A DNA stretch of 64,000 nucleotides from Macrostomum lignano (Eukaryota), in contig NIVC01000392.1 in the NCBI GenBank assembly GCA_002269645.1, positions 372,001-436,000 of the forward strand, written 5' to 3'. The notes beneath the pieces were generated by a model. That model made no database searches. It saw only the letters and a program-made list of their open reading frames with translations, and was not told where the DNA came from. Below are positions 37,860 to 49,491 of the stretch, piece after piece; within the stretch, counting starts at the first letter, position 1, and every line of letters begins with the position of its first letter. A program made the translations under genes and the position numbers.

Positions 37860-39230
37860 TGCTAGGGTTGGGGGGGGGCGCTAGTGTGCACACGATTGCA
37901 GAAAAAAGGGGCAGGGCAGGTTGCAGCAGTCTGGGAAGTCAGTCCAATTGCTTCAAGGTTGGCAACAAGTGTCTCAAAGGGTCTGGGTCTGTCCTTAGCT
38001 GCAGGAGAACCATTTGATTGGTGGGTGCAGAACAGCCAGTCCAAGCAGGTTGTTGCCCTTGCAGGCGAACTGTTGTAGGAAGTGTCCCAATAGGGCCTAG
38101 CGATGCTGGCGAAAGGTGGCACTAAGGAATGGCAATTTTGATCTTGCCATCAACTGGGCCATCAGGAGGATTGCCAGTAGCATACGCCTAGCACCTTATG
38201 TAGCAGGTTGCAGTGCATCATGTCCAGGGCCTGCTTTCGCGTGGTTGTCATCAGGACAGCCTCCATGCCATAGAGAAGGTTTGGCTCTATGGCAGCAAGG
38301 AACAGGTGGATCTTCAGGTTGTCCCATACTCTGGAGGTAAAGATTGGCTTGAGGTGGTGCATGGTGTGCCAGGCCTGGGTCCTCCTGTCCACGATGATTG
38401 CCTCTGGGCTCATCATGAGGGTGCCTAAGTACTAGAAGTTGCTGCACATTGAGATGGCTTTGCCATTGGACAGGGTCAGCAGCGGGACATTGTCAGCACC
38501 CACATGCAGATCTCTGTCTTGCCTGCATTAATCTGCAGGCCGATCCGAATGCCTTCCTTGGAGAGTCAAGTAAGAATATGCTAGGTTGCTATAGGGTCTT
38601 GGCATAGCAGCGCAATGTTATTAGCATAGGCAAGGGCTGCGAGCGTCATAGCAGTATGACAAGAGCTACGCTGAGGTGCAAGGATAAAGCTGTTGTTGTC
38701 TCGAAGGCAGCAGTGCAGGATGTAGTCAACAGCCAGAATGAAAAGCAGGGGAGATAGCAGGTCCCCTTGCAGCACCTCGGAAGTGGTATCAAACTTGTCC
38801 ATAGGGCCATTGCTAGAGTCAACAAATGCCTTGGAGTTGTGGTATAGGTCCATAACTACCATCACTAGGGTGTTGGAGATGCCATACTGAGCTAGGAGCC
38901 AGGCTAAAGCCATCTTGCTGACAGAGTTAAAGGCCTTCCGGAAGTCAATAAAGACAATAGACATGGCTTGAAGATGAGTCTTGCAGGTTTTGACAATCTG
39001 CTCTGTGGTGGATCTGCCTGGCCTGAAGCTGCTTTGTAGCCCAAGCAGCATCAAGTTCAAGACAGGAAGGAGCCAATTGCACAACACTGCATTCAGCAGC
39101 TTTGGCAGCGTGCACTCCAGTGCAATGCTGCATTGGTTGTCAAGGCTTGTAGGCTTGTAGAGGTGCCCTTCTTCAGGATAGAGACCCTTCCAAAGTGGGG
39201 CCTAGTCATTGCCTATAAGCCTAAGAAGCA
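37860..39230 (-). mobile_element. Decayed RTE-type non-LTR retrotransposon (reverse transcriptase and C-terminal region)
   Basis: FRPGRSTTEQI, VFIDFRKAFNS, LQGDLLSPLLF, LAYANNIAL (YADD degenerate), YLG, LLYGME motifs; stops and frameshifts; 5' truncated. Confidence 0.9.
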
Positions 39231-40932
39231 GAATAGCAAAATGGCTATATTTTTTTGTCATAGGAAAAATTTTAGGCAAATTAATAGTACATTAATGTAC
39301 TATAAAATTACTGGTACATTAATAAAGATCTAATAGAAATTCCTATTGTATTAATATATTAGAAGCAATAATTCAAAAATTAAAAACCATTTATAATTTG
39401 CACTCTATTTTATTTGTCCATCCACCTATACTAAATCTTACTTGCCCTTGCCTAAGTAAAAAACAACTTACTTTATAAAAAATTGTAAACTAAAAAAAGT
39501 TACGAAACCTTTAGTTTGTATAGTTATCCCTATTTTTATTACTTTTATAATATATCCATATACTAAAAATGAAAATCTTGCTTGTTTGTTTGTAGGAAAT
39601 CAATTATCTTCTAAAAGGCTCAACCAATTTAGTTCAAATTTTGCCTAAAAACAGGTGTAGTGTGATTATTTTGCTGAAAACTAGTTTTTTGCTGAATGCT
39701 AATTTAACATACCTTTTTTATTTGACCAATTCGTTTTTATGCTTAACCTTAAAATCATTTTTTAACTTTTTTATCCTTTATATATTGAAAAAAATATCTA
39801 GCTAGGCCAAGAAGAGCCAAAACCTTTGCAACAATGCCTAAATACATACATGCACAACTGCTGGCCAACCTAGAGCCAATCCAGCCACCATAAATTGTAG
39901 TAGACTAGGGGTAACTTGCAAAAATTCCTACCCAAAGAATACAAACATAGTACTAATTAGATGATGAGGCATTTATCATTAATAAGACAGCCATTGTTAC
40001 TCCTGCCATTTACCCAAAATTGCATTCATTTGCTTTAGGGTTTCTTTCATAAGTAAGTCACATTTTTGGTCAAAAATTAAGTCACATGGCCTGTGTAAAT
40101 CAGGGGGTTGTACATATATGCCTAAATAAGTCAATTTTAGGCCTAAAATATATGGGAGACTAAAGAAAAAATTGCTATTTTTATAGGTAATTCTTAAAAA
40201 CAGATGTCAGTGATCTCATATCTAAGCTCCCTAAGTAGGTACACTATACTTTTTAAATATAGCCCCCTTCCCTCCTAGTCTTTGTCCTGTGTGCCAGGAC
40301 ATAGGCTTCTGCTAGGAGGCCTCTCACAATGTATTTAAATTAATTTTGACATTTCGGCAGCCAGATCTGGAAAGTAATGCAGATGATTGATTTTGAATTA
40401 ATAAATGTGCATTATTGCAATAGAAAACCATTGCTGCTAGGCTAGGCCTGTCAAATGTCTCTTTCACCTGTCAAATTTCTTGTAGGTAGTAGAAGATCTG
40501 TCTCTTAAACAGTTGGTTATCTGAATTGGCTTTGGGCAGTGCCTTAGCCTCATGGCTTTCCTTCATTTTTGTGGAAAACTATATTGCACTGGCTGGTTAA
40601 AGTTCAATAAGTTGCAATTTTATAGAGTGAATATTTAGAATATTTATTTATTCACCAATTATTTACCCTTAATAACTTATTCCATCAAAATGTATCTACA
40701 GTTGAGGCTACTCCAGTGTGTTTTTTCTCAATTTGTTAGATTTTTGTTTGAGTTAAGTTTGCAAGAATTGTTACTTATCCAGCCCTCTTGTCATTTTTAC
40801 TGGGACTGATAATGTATTCGAAATTAATTGCATGCAAATACGCAATGTTTTAATCTCATTTTAAAACCTGACAAGACGTCCTATTCAATAACGGCATCTA
40901 TTTGTCTAATCAATATTTGATCCGCGTTTCCC

Positions 40933-43900
40933 ATGGCAACCGATGCGCCTCCGAGCACAGCGACAGAGACGCCGGCTTCGGGACAGGCCGAGCAGCAGCC
41001 GCCGTTGCTGTCCGCGGTCGATCCGTCGGCATCTTCGTCGATAACCACGTCGCCGCCGCCTCTGGCGCCAATTCGCACTGAACGACATCCGTCCAGCTCT
41101 TCAACCGCGTCGTCGTTCGATTCAACTTGCGTCACGTCGCCGTTGACTCCCGGCGGTGCTCCCGGCGCTCCGTTTCGAAGTCCGGGCGCCGCCGGTTTTG
41201 GCGCCACCGGGGGAGGCGCCGCAGGCGTTGGAGGAAGCGGCGCCACTTCTCACGATCTCAGCGAAGAGCTGCTAGCTGCTGGCTGGAGGAAATTCTGGTC
41301 TAAGCGCGAAAATCGGCCCTACTATTTTAATAAGCTTACTAATCAGTCTCTGTGGGAACCGCCTACTGCCGCACTGCCCGGGGTGAAACGCACCCTGTCT
41401 GATCCGGCGGCTGCTGTGCCCAACCATCACCATCACCATCATCAGCAGGGACCGTCGGCTCCAAAGCGACCAAGCTTTGGCGGTCCTCAGGCGCTTGGTA
41501 AAGAGATTAAAAACTGACTGTCCCATCATTGATAAAGTGTCTGTCACATCCTAATACAGTGACTGCTAAATTATTATACAGCCTGTCACATCCTCATTTA
41601 GTGTCTGTCGCATCCTGATATAAGCTCTGTCACATCCTGATGCAGTGGCTGTCACATCCTAATATAGTGTCTGTCACATCTTGATACAGTGTCTGTCACA
41701 TCTTGATACAGTGTCTGTCACATCCTGATGCAGTGGCTGTCAAATCCTAATATAGTGGCTGTCACATCCTGATAGTGTCTGTCACATCCTTATACAGTGG
41801 CTGTCACATCCTAATAGTGTCTGTTACATCATAATACAGTGTCTGTCGCATATTAATGCAGTGTCTGTAACATCCTGATTCAGCCGACTTTCAGATTATA
41901 GTTTTTTTAGTTTAGGTTTCTCTGCTGAAAAATATCTAGCCTAAAATCAGCCTAGGCTTATGCTGCTAAACCGTTTGCGCGTGACAGTAAAACCATTTTT
42001 GGGATTAGCTAGGTACAGAAAAATCGTCTGATCTATTATACGTTTAGTAGTATTTTATCCTCTCGGATTTTGTATAGCCTAATCGGCTTAGCGTTTGGCG
42101 CAATACTTCAATATCAACTCTCCAATATCAAATTGTCACTCGGCAATTGTCACTCTTTAATATCAAATTGTCACTCTCGAATTGTCAAATTGTCACTCGT
42201 CAATTGTCACTCTTTAATATCAAATTGTCACTCCATTTGTCTGATTGTCACTCGTCAATTCTCGAATTGTCAAATTGTCACTCGTCAATTGTCACTCTTT
42301 AATATCAAATTGTCACTCCAATTGTCAAATTGTCACTCGTCAATTGTCACTCTCCAATTGTCAAATTGTCACTCGTCAATTGTCACTCTCCAATTGTCAA
42401 ACTGTCACTCGTCAATTGTCACTCTTTAATATCAAATTGTCACTCCAATTGTCAAATTGTCACTCGTCAATTGTCACTCTCCAATTGTCAAATTGTCACT
42501 CGTCAATTGTCACTCTCCAATTGTCAAACTGTCCCTCGTCAATTGTCACTCTCCAATTGTCAAACTGTCACTCGTCAATTGTCACTCTCCAATTGTCAAA
42601 CTGTCACTCGTCAAGCCTGTGCATTTCCCATAAGCTTGGCCCATTGCCCTGCTGTTGCCCCCTCAGACGCAGCCTGGAACTTCAGCGTGCACAGCAACTG
42701 CGTGACGCTGGAACGGCCACCCCGGAGACTGTTCCAGCCTCATCCGGAAACTGAGCTACTAAGGGCCCAGCTAATCGCGAAGCTGCGCCAGCACTATTCG
42801 GAGCTGTGTGTCAGTAGGGAAAACATTCAACCGCCGCCTGACAGTTTCAATCGTTGGTTAATTGAGCGATACCTGAGCGACAAAGGCTCGGATCCGCTGT
42901 TTCCTAGCGACTGCGATAACGAATTGAGCTATGCTCTGTTTAGGGAGATTATCAACGATTTGCCTGTGCGACTGTGCCGGCCTAAGCTTAGCGCCGATGC
43001 TAAGAAACAGCTTTATCGGTATGCTGAGGCGTCCAAGGTTAGTAAACTACTTCTAGTAGCACAGTGTGTGTATGTGAATATTTATTTTCTAAGATTATTT
43101 ACTTTCTTTGCTATTCATTTTTTCTTTTCTGCTCTTAATTCTCATATTAATTCTCAGATTCTCATAAGGCCTGTGGGTCAATGAGTATCATTTCTCAAGT
43201 GGAGTCAATGGGTGCCATTTCTCTCGAGGCTCAATGAGTGCCATTTCTTTAGGGGTGTCAATGGGTGCCATTTCTCTCGAGGGTCAATGAGTGCAATTTC
43301 TCTTGGGGGTTCAATCGGTGCCATTTCTCTTGGGGGTTCAATCGGTGCCATTTCTCTTAGGGGGTCAATCGGTGCCATTTCTCTTGGGGGTTCAATCGGT
43401 GCCATTTCTCTTAGGGGCTCAATCGGGGCCATTTCTTTTGGGAGGGGGGAGGTCAATCGGTGCCATTTCCTTTGGGTTAATAAGTGGCTCTTTCTTAGGT
43501 TTAGTACGAGTGCACTAGTTCTCATATTTAATCACTGTGCGCTATTTCTTATCTAATGTGTTTCCATAAGCACTGTAGTTGGTCTTGGTCTCATTTAGTA
43601 AATTCACCTGAAGCCCTGACTCAGCATACCTTGATTACCATCCACCCACTGCAGGCCATGATTGAGTCTCGCGTAGCCAACCCGGAGAGTCGCAAAATTG
43701 TCAAATGGAACGTGGAGCAGACCTATCAGTTCCTGCGGCAGGCCAAAATGCCAACCTACGAAGACTGTCTGGAGCGGTTGGCTCATCTGAAACGAACCTG
43801 CCAGCCGCATATTGAGGAGGCTGCTAAAGAGTCGGTAGAGAAAATCTGCACTAAACTCTATCACCTGTCAGTTGAGTACGCTAAAAAAGTTCGGGAACTG

Positions 43901-46900
43901 CAGGAGACTCTGTTCAAGGTTACTAATCCTACGGTGAGAGGGGCCTTTCTCGTGTTTGTTTATCATCGAGTTCTTTAGGAATGGCTCATAGTGCTTATTT
44001 GTAGGGTATCCTCAAGTTGCTGGGCCAGCCTCCCAGATCCTCAGTTGCTGGGCCAGCCTCCCAGATCCTCAGTTGCTGGGCCAGCCCATCAGATTTTCAG
44101 TTGCTGGGCTACCAGCCTCCCAGCTTCTCAGTTGCTGGGCCAGCCTGCCAGATCCTCAGTTGCTGGGCCAGCCTGCCAGATCCTCAGTTGCTGGGCCAGC
44201 CTTCCAGCTTCTCAGTTGCTGGGCCAGCCTCCCAGATCCTCAGTTGCTGGGCCAGCCTCCCAGATCCTCAGTTGCTGGACCAGCCTCCCAGATTCTCAGT
44301 TGCTGGGCCAGCCTCCCAGATTCTCAGTTGCTGGGCCAGCCTCTTAGATTCTCAGTTGCTGGACCAGCCTCCCAGAGTGTCAGTTGCTGGGCCAGCCTCT
44401 CAGATTCTCAGTTGCTGGGCCAGCCTCCCAACTTCTCAGTTGCTGGGCCAGCCTGCCAGATTCTCAGTTGCTGGACCAGCCTCCCAGATCCTCAGTTGCT
44501 GGCTAGCCTCCCAGATCCCCAGTTGCTGGGCCAGCCTCCCAGATCCTCAGTTGCTGGACCAGCCTCCCAGATTCTCAGTTGCTGGGCCAGCCTCCCAGAT
44601 TCTCAGTTGCTGGGCCAGCCTCTCAGATTCTCAGTTGCTGGGCCAGCCTCCCAGATCCTCAAGTTGCTGGGCCAGCCTCCCAGATCCTCAGTTGCTGGGC
44701 CAGCCTCCCAGATCCCCAGTTGCTAGGCCAGCCTCCCAAATCCTCAGTGGCTGGGCCAGCCTCCCAGATCCTCAGTTGCTGGGCCAGCCTCCCAGATCCC
44801 CAGTTGCTGGGCCAGCCTCCCAAATCCTCAGTGGCTGGGCCAGGCCTTCCAGAGTGTCGGTTGCTGGGCCAGCCTCCCAGATCATCAGTTGCTGGCCAGC
44901 CCACATCCTCCTAGAGTGTCAGTTGCTGAGCCAGCCTCCTATATCCTATTATAAGTAGTTGAGCAGTAGTTTGCTCAAACAATACCTTACTCAACTACTA
45001 TCGGTAGCACCCTACCCAACCACACGCCTGCCGCAGGACCCGTGGGCGGACCTGCCACCCTGGTCGGGCGATCCCAAGCGCCGAGTTCGCTGCTACCCGG
45101 TGCAGATCTGCTCGCCGGCACCGAGGCCGGCAGCTCAGCAGCAGCTGGTTGAAACCGGCTGCACTGACCGGATGCAGTTCGTCCGCTACGGTCGGGATAA
45201 TTCTAGCCAGCAGGGCATCTGCCGGTCGGTCTTTGCCAAGCTGCAGCAGCTGTACACTCTGCACTGCACTGAGGAGGATCCATCAATGGAGAAATTCTTC
45301 CCAAGGCTCTGGTGCATGCTGACTAGGTGAGGGTTGGTGGATTTGTTGTTGAATAAGTCGACAAAATAATCTACTTAGACGTCTACTCGTTATCCATAAT
45401 CCTAATTCATCCAAATCCCAATCCTAATCGCAATCCTGATCATAATCCATCCCTACCCCAATAATTCAAATCCTGATCCTAATCCGTCCTAATCCCAACC
45501 TAAATCCTAATCCATCCTAATCTCAATCCTGATCCTAATCCATGCTAATCCCAATCCTAATTCATCCTAATCCTAATCTCAATCCTGATCCTAATCCATG
45601 CTAATCCCAATCCTAATTCATCCTAACCCTAATCTCAATCCTGATCCTAATCCATGCTAATCCCAATCCTAATTCATCCTAATCCTAATCTCAATCCTGA
45701 TTCTAATTCATCCTAATCCCAATCCTAATTCATCCTAATCCTAATCTCAATCCTGATCCTAATTCATCCCAATCCTAATCTCGATCCTGATCCTAATCCA
45801 TCCTAATCCCAATCCTAATTCATCCTAATCCTAATCTCAATCCTGATCCTAATCCATCTTCATCCCAATCCTAATCCCAATCCTTATCATAATCCATCCC
45901 TACCCCAATAGTTCTAATCTTGATCCTAATCCATCCTAATCCCAATCCTAATCCAGTTTATAAAGGACCCAGATCCCTTGGGTAGAAATCCCATTGGAGT
46001 TTCTGGAAACTGATCCCCTGCTAAAAAACCCAATACCATAGTTAGCAACTCTGATCATTGGATTAAGACTGAAACCACCTGGCCATTTCCAACAGGTACC
46101 AAGCATTTCTAGGCCAGCAGTCGCAGAACACCCAGGCTGCCCTGCCTATACCCGTATTCGAAGCCATCTCTCGACTATTCGGCGTCACATTTGAACTGTT
46201 TGCTTCGCCATTGAACTGCTACTTTAAGCAGTATTGCTCGGCCTTTCCCGACACCGACTGCTACTTCGGCAGTCGTGGTCCCGTGCTGGACTTTTATCCG
46301 TTGGAGGGCTCGTTTGAAGCTAATCCGCCATTCTCCGAGGAGCTCATGGTTGCTATGGTCAACCACATGGAGGTGAGCTTGCTGTATCATCGTACGTTGT
46401 CAGATTTTACTGGAGAAAAGATTTGCATACAACAAACATTCTTGCTAATTATCAAGGCAAATAATTTTGCAACTTGTCGTCTGCGTGAGCCCGGTAAGAA
46501 GTCCTGAAAACGGCCCTTTTAGGGCACATCAACAAAACGGCCCTTTTAGGGCACATTAACAAAACGGCCCTTTTAGGTCTTTTTTTATCCTAAAAAGATC
46601 TTTTTCCGTTAGAAATTAATGTTTATGTATCAGCGTTTGCAGTGAATACATACATTTGTAATGCTTAAATCGCGCAGAATCTGCTGAAAGAGGCAACCGG
46701 CCCTCTGTCATTCATGGTGTTCCTGCCTGATTGGCGCGATCCGCCAACCGAAGCGCTGGTTCGACTGGAGGCTTCGCCGTACAATCGGCGACAGACTTGC
46801 GTGTTGCCATTTGAGCATAGCTACCGAAATGGCATGCAGCACTGCTTGGAGAGGTGGGCGACTATTTGCTATTCTGATGGTGGGTGGGAAGACAAAGGGA

Positions 46901-47572
46901 ACACGGTGGGTAGAGGGGAAGGCATTTGAGGAAAACAGGTGGGGAAGAGGGAAAGACATTTGGGTCAGAGGGGAAGACAGGTAGGTCAAAGATGAAGACA
47001 GGTGAGTCAGAGATACAGACAGGTGGGTCAGAGATGAAGACAGGTGGGTCAGAGATGAAGACAGGTTGGTCGGAGGGGAAGACAGGTGAGTCAGAGAGGA
47101 AGACAGTTGGGTCAGAGGGGAAGACAGGTGGGTCAGTGAGTAAGACAGGTGGGTCAGAAGGGAAGACAGGTGGATAAGAGGGGAAGACAGGTGGGTCAGA
47201 GAGGAAGACAGTTGGGTCAGAGGGGAAGACAGGTGGGTCAGTGAGTAAGACAGGTGGATAAGAAGGGAAGACGGGTGGGTCAGAGGGGAAGACGGGTGGG
47301 TCAGAGGGGAAGACAGTTGGGTCAGCGGGTAAGACAGGTGTATCAAAATGAAAGGATATTTAGATGACTCTGCCAGCCGATGCACTGTCTCATTCCGAAC
47401 GCGCAATCTCAGAGACGAGGACCTGTACGTGAAGTCGGCCCACGGTACTCTGATTGTGTTCCTACAAAATGACGCCGGCTTTATGAAATGGACGCCAACT
47501 TCTGAGAAGATCAAAGATCTGCTAATTGCATTTGGGCAGCAGAGTTCGCATAGGCGGCCTCAGCCTCAGTGA
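40933..47572 (+). CDS. PCIF1: PCIF1/CAPAM cap-specific adenosine N6-methyltransferase; exons 40933-41497, 42667-43037, 43655-43918, 45037-45326, 46096-46372, 46678-46853, 47413-47572 (2103 nt, 700 aa)
   Basis: WW domain [28 protein letters not shown]; SFNRWLIER; DPLFPS; [22 protein letters not shown]; catalytic EANPPF; [14 protein letters not shown]; VFLQNDAG. All junctions GT-AG with matching phase. Confidence 0.96.
41540..41880. repeat. ~22-bp minisatellite, PCIF1 intron 1
   Basis: GTGTCTGTCACATCCTGATACA-like units. Confidence 0.9.
42110..42612. repeat. ~36-bp minisatellite built from AATTGTCA/AATTGTCACTC subunits, PCIF1 intron 1
   Basis: CAAATTGTCACTCGTCAATTGTCACTCTCCAATTGT repeated. Confidence 0.9.
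43185..43470. repeat. 27-bp minisatellite, PCIF1 intron 2
   Basis: GGTGCCATTTCTCTTGGGGGTTCAATC units. Confidence 0.9.
44005..44945. repeat. 28-bp minisatellite, PCIF1 intron 3
   Basis: About 33 copies of CTCAGTTGCTGGGCCAGCCTCCCAGATC. Confidence 0.95.
45400..45955. repeat. Degenerate hexamer (AATCCT/CCTAAT)-based repeat, PCIF1 intron 4
   Basis: Higher-order units of ATCCTA, ATCCCA, ATCTCA and ATTCATCCT. Confidence 0.9.
46505..46580. repeat. Three-copy short tandem repeat, PCIF1 intron 5
   Basis: AAAACGGCCCTTTTAGGGCACAT(C/T)AAC, third copy truncated. Confidence 0.85.
46930..47345. repeat. 21-bp minisatellite, PCIF1 intron 6
   Basis: About 20 copies of AAGACAGGTGGGTCAGAGGGG. Confidence 0.93.
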
Positions 47573-48433
47573 ATTAATCAGTTTTTTTAAGTGCCCAATG
47601 TACTTTTCACAGTAACCCTGTAGTCAACGATGCAGCTTGTGTAATATGTCTGTGCGCATTGAAACTCTTCATTTTCCCAATCGTTACAGTTTTTTCTCGG
47701 CCTTCGAGCTAAATTCTTGGAATTCTTAAGCAGCAACTGTCGTGTGTTCATGTTTTTTTTATTTTCGCTACTTTTATTCGAGCCTTTCTAATATAGTTGG
47801 TACTTCTTAAGTTCTTATCAAATTCTCCTTGCATGTCGTTGTTGTGTTTTGTACTAATGAGAAATGTAATACACTATAGCACCTAACGCCTATAGCATGT
47901 CTGTCTGTCTGCAGCGGCGCCTCTTGCCTTTGCCTGTGTGCGTATTATTATTCTAGTTCAATTGCGACACTTCCTTACTACTACTGACTACTGTTAGTAG
48001 TTACTAATTTGGTCTGAAAAAAAACTTTTTTAAATCAAGATTATCAAATTTGTGTGTCGCTTTTTCTCTGGTCAAGTTGTTGTTGTGTAAATAATAAAAT
48101 TCAGGGTTCGTTGCTTTTTCTGGTGTCTGTTTGCTCTCAATATGCTTATTGTATTTTTATGTCATTTTACTCTGTTATTAGCAGGCTACAGAACAAAACT
48201 TACGCGAGATCGTTTTCGCATATTATTTTATTTTATTTATTTATTCTATTATTAGTTGCACAGATTTTCTTATTTGTAGCTTTGTATGTTTACAATAATT
48301 AAAAAATTAGAGCTTCTACTTTGTTTTTAGTAGTTTGTCTGCGCAGTGTCACTTAAATCTTATGTGGCAGTTAATTATCGAATGGACTAAATTACATATT
48401 AGGTATTTGTGATTGTGATGATGATGTGATTCA

Positions 48434-48580
48434 GCGTAGGAGGCAGGCCCAAATTAGCTCAGCCAATGAGAGAGCAGTAAGGAGAGAGATCAAAGTCAGA
48501 CGGACGAAACTCAGCCTAGGAGGCAGGCCCAATCTAGCTCAGCCAATGAGAGAGCAGTAAGGAGAGAGTCCAAAGTTAGA
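48434..48580. repeat. Two-copy 79-bp-period tandem duplication, possibly a LINE 3' remnant
   Basis: AGGAGGCAGGCCCAA(A/T)TAGCTCAGCCAATGAGAGAGCAGTAAGGAGAGAG occurs twice; adjacent minus-strand translation (RKVQG...RQLGFSLAH) weakly resembles the RTE C-terminus. The duplication is certain, the LINE origin weak. Confidence 0.6.
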
Positions 48581-49429
48581 CACAAGTGGGCAAGAGAAAA
48601 GCCCAACTGTCTGGCTGGCTGGGTGTACACAACACACTTCACTGTATATCCCTGGACTTTTCTTGCAGCCAGCAGCCACCCCTCCCCCAGATAACATCTC
48701 ACCCTTTAACTGCTGACAACTATAGATAAATGTAAATTCCTTTTAGTTTAGTTTAGAAGGTTTAGCGAAAAGGTGTGGATATGCACTGTCATAGACTATA
48801 ATAATAGACTATAAGTTATCCTCAATATGTTAAAAATTAGTTTAATATTATGAATTAGCAAGTCAGAACTACCAAAGGTCACATATTTATATAACTGATT
48901 CTTGTAAATACGTGCCGTATTTTTTATTTGTCTGTTTAAAAATCATGCTTGATATAATGTTGCCGTTAGCTACTTAAGTGCATGTTCCGTAATTGGTCTT
49001 TTGGTTGTGTTTCGTCGCCCTTTAACCGGAACTTCTTCATTCAGGCAGCTAAATTACTTGACCCAAAAGTGTTTATAAAAAAAGATTTAGGCAACTGTTC
49101 TCTTCTCAGCAGCCACTACTAATTAATGGTGAAATCGTTAGTATAGTGGCAGTGAAAAGGATTTCAGAATTGTCTCTTGTACTTTAGAATTTTCTGTTGT
49201 CTTTTTGCTTTGTTGTTTTATTTCAACTCGATCTGTTTCCTTCCGCTGGGAAGGTTTAGCTTTCACCTAGACGAATTCTGCAATTTGTCAATACTGCAAC
49301 ATGTGAAATATATAAATACTAGCTAGTATTGATTTTACTAATTTGAAACTATGCCAGAGTGTGTTTAAATAACTGCTGAATCTTTGTAAGCTATTATGTT
49401 TTGCTCTTTTTTTCTTCATTTAGTAGCGA

Positions 49430-49491
49430 CCCATGACACTTTAGCCAGTGCCTCTGACACTTTAGTCAGTGCCTCTGACACTTTAGTCAGT
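49430..49491. repeat. Three copies of a 21-bp unit of the 51640-52340 family
   Basis: GACACTTTAG(C/T)CAGTGCCTCT versus AGTCAGTGCCCCAGACACTTT. Confidence 0.85.

Noticed and set aside
40881-41246. 121-aa minus-strand ORF overlapping the PCIF1 start
   Set aside because: Antisense shadow of the GC-rich PCIF1 exon 1; no TBC1D31-like sequence.
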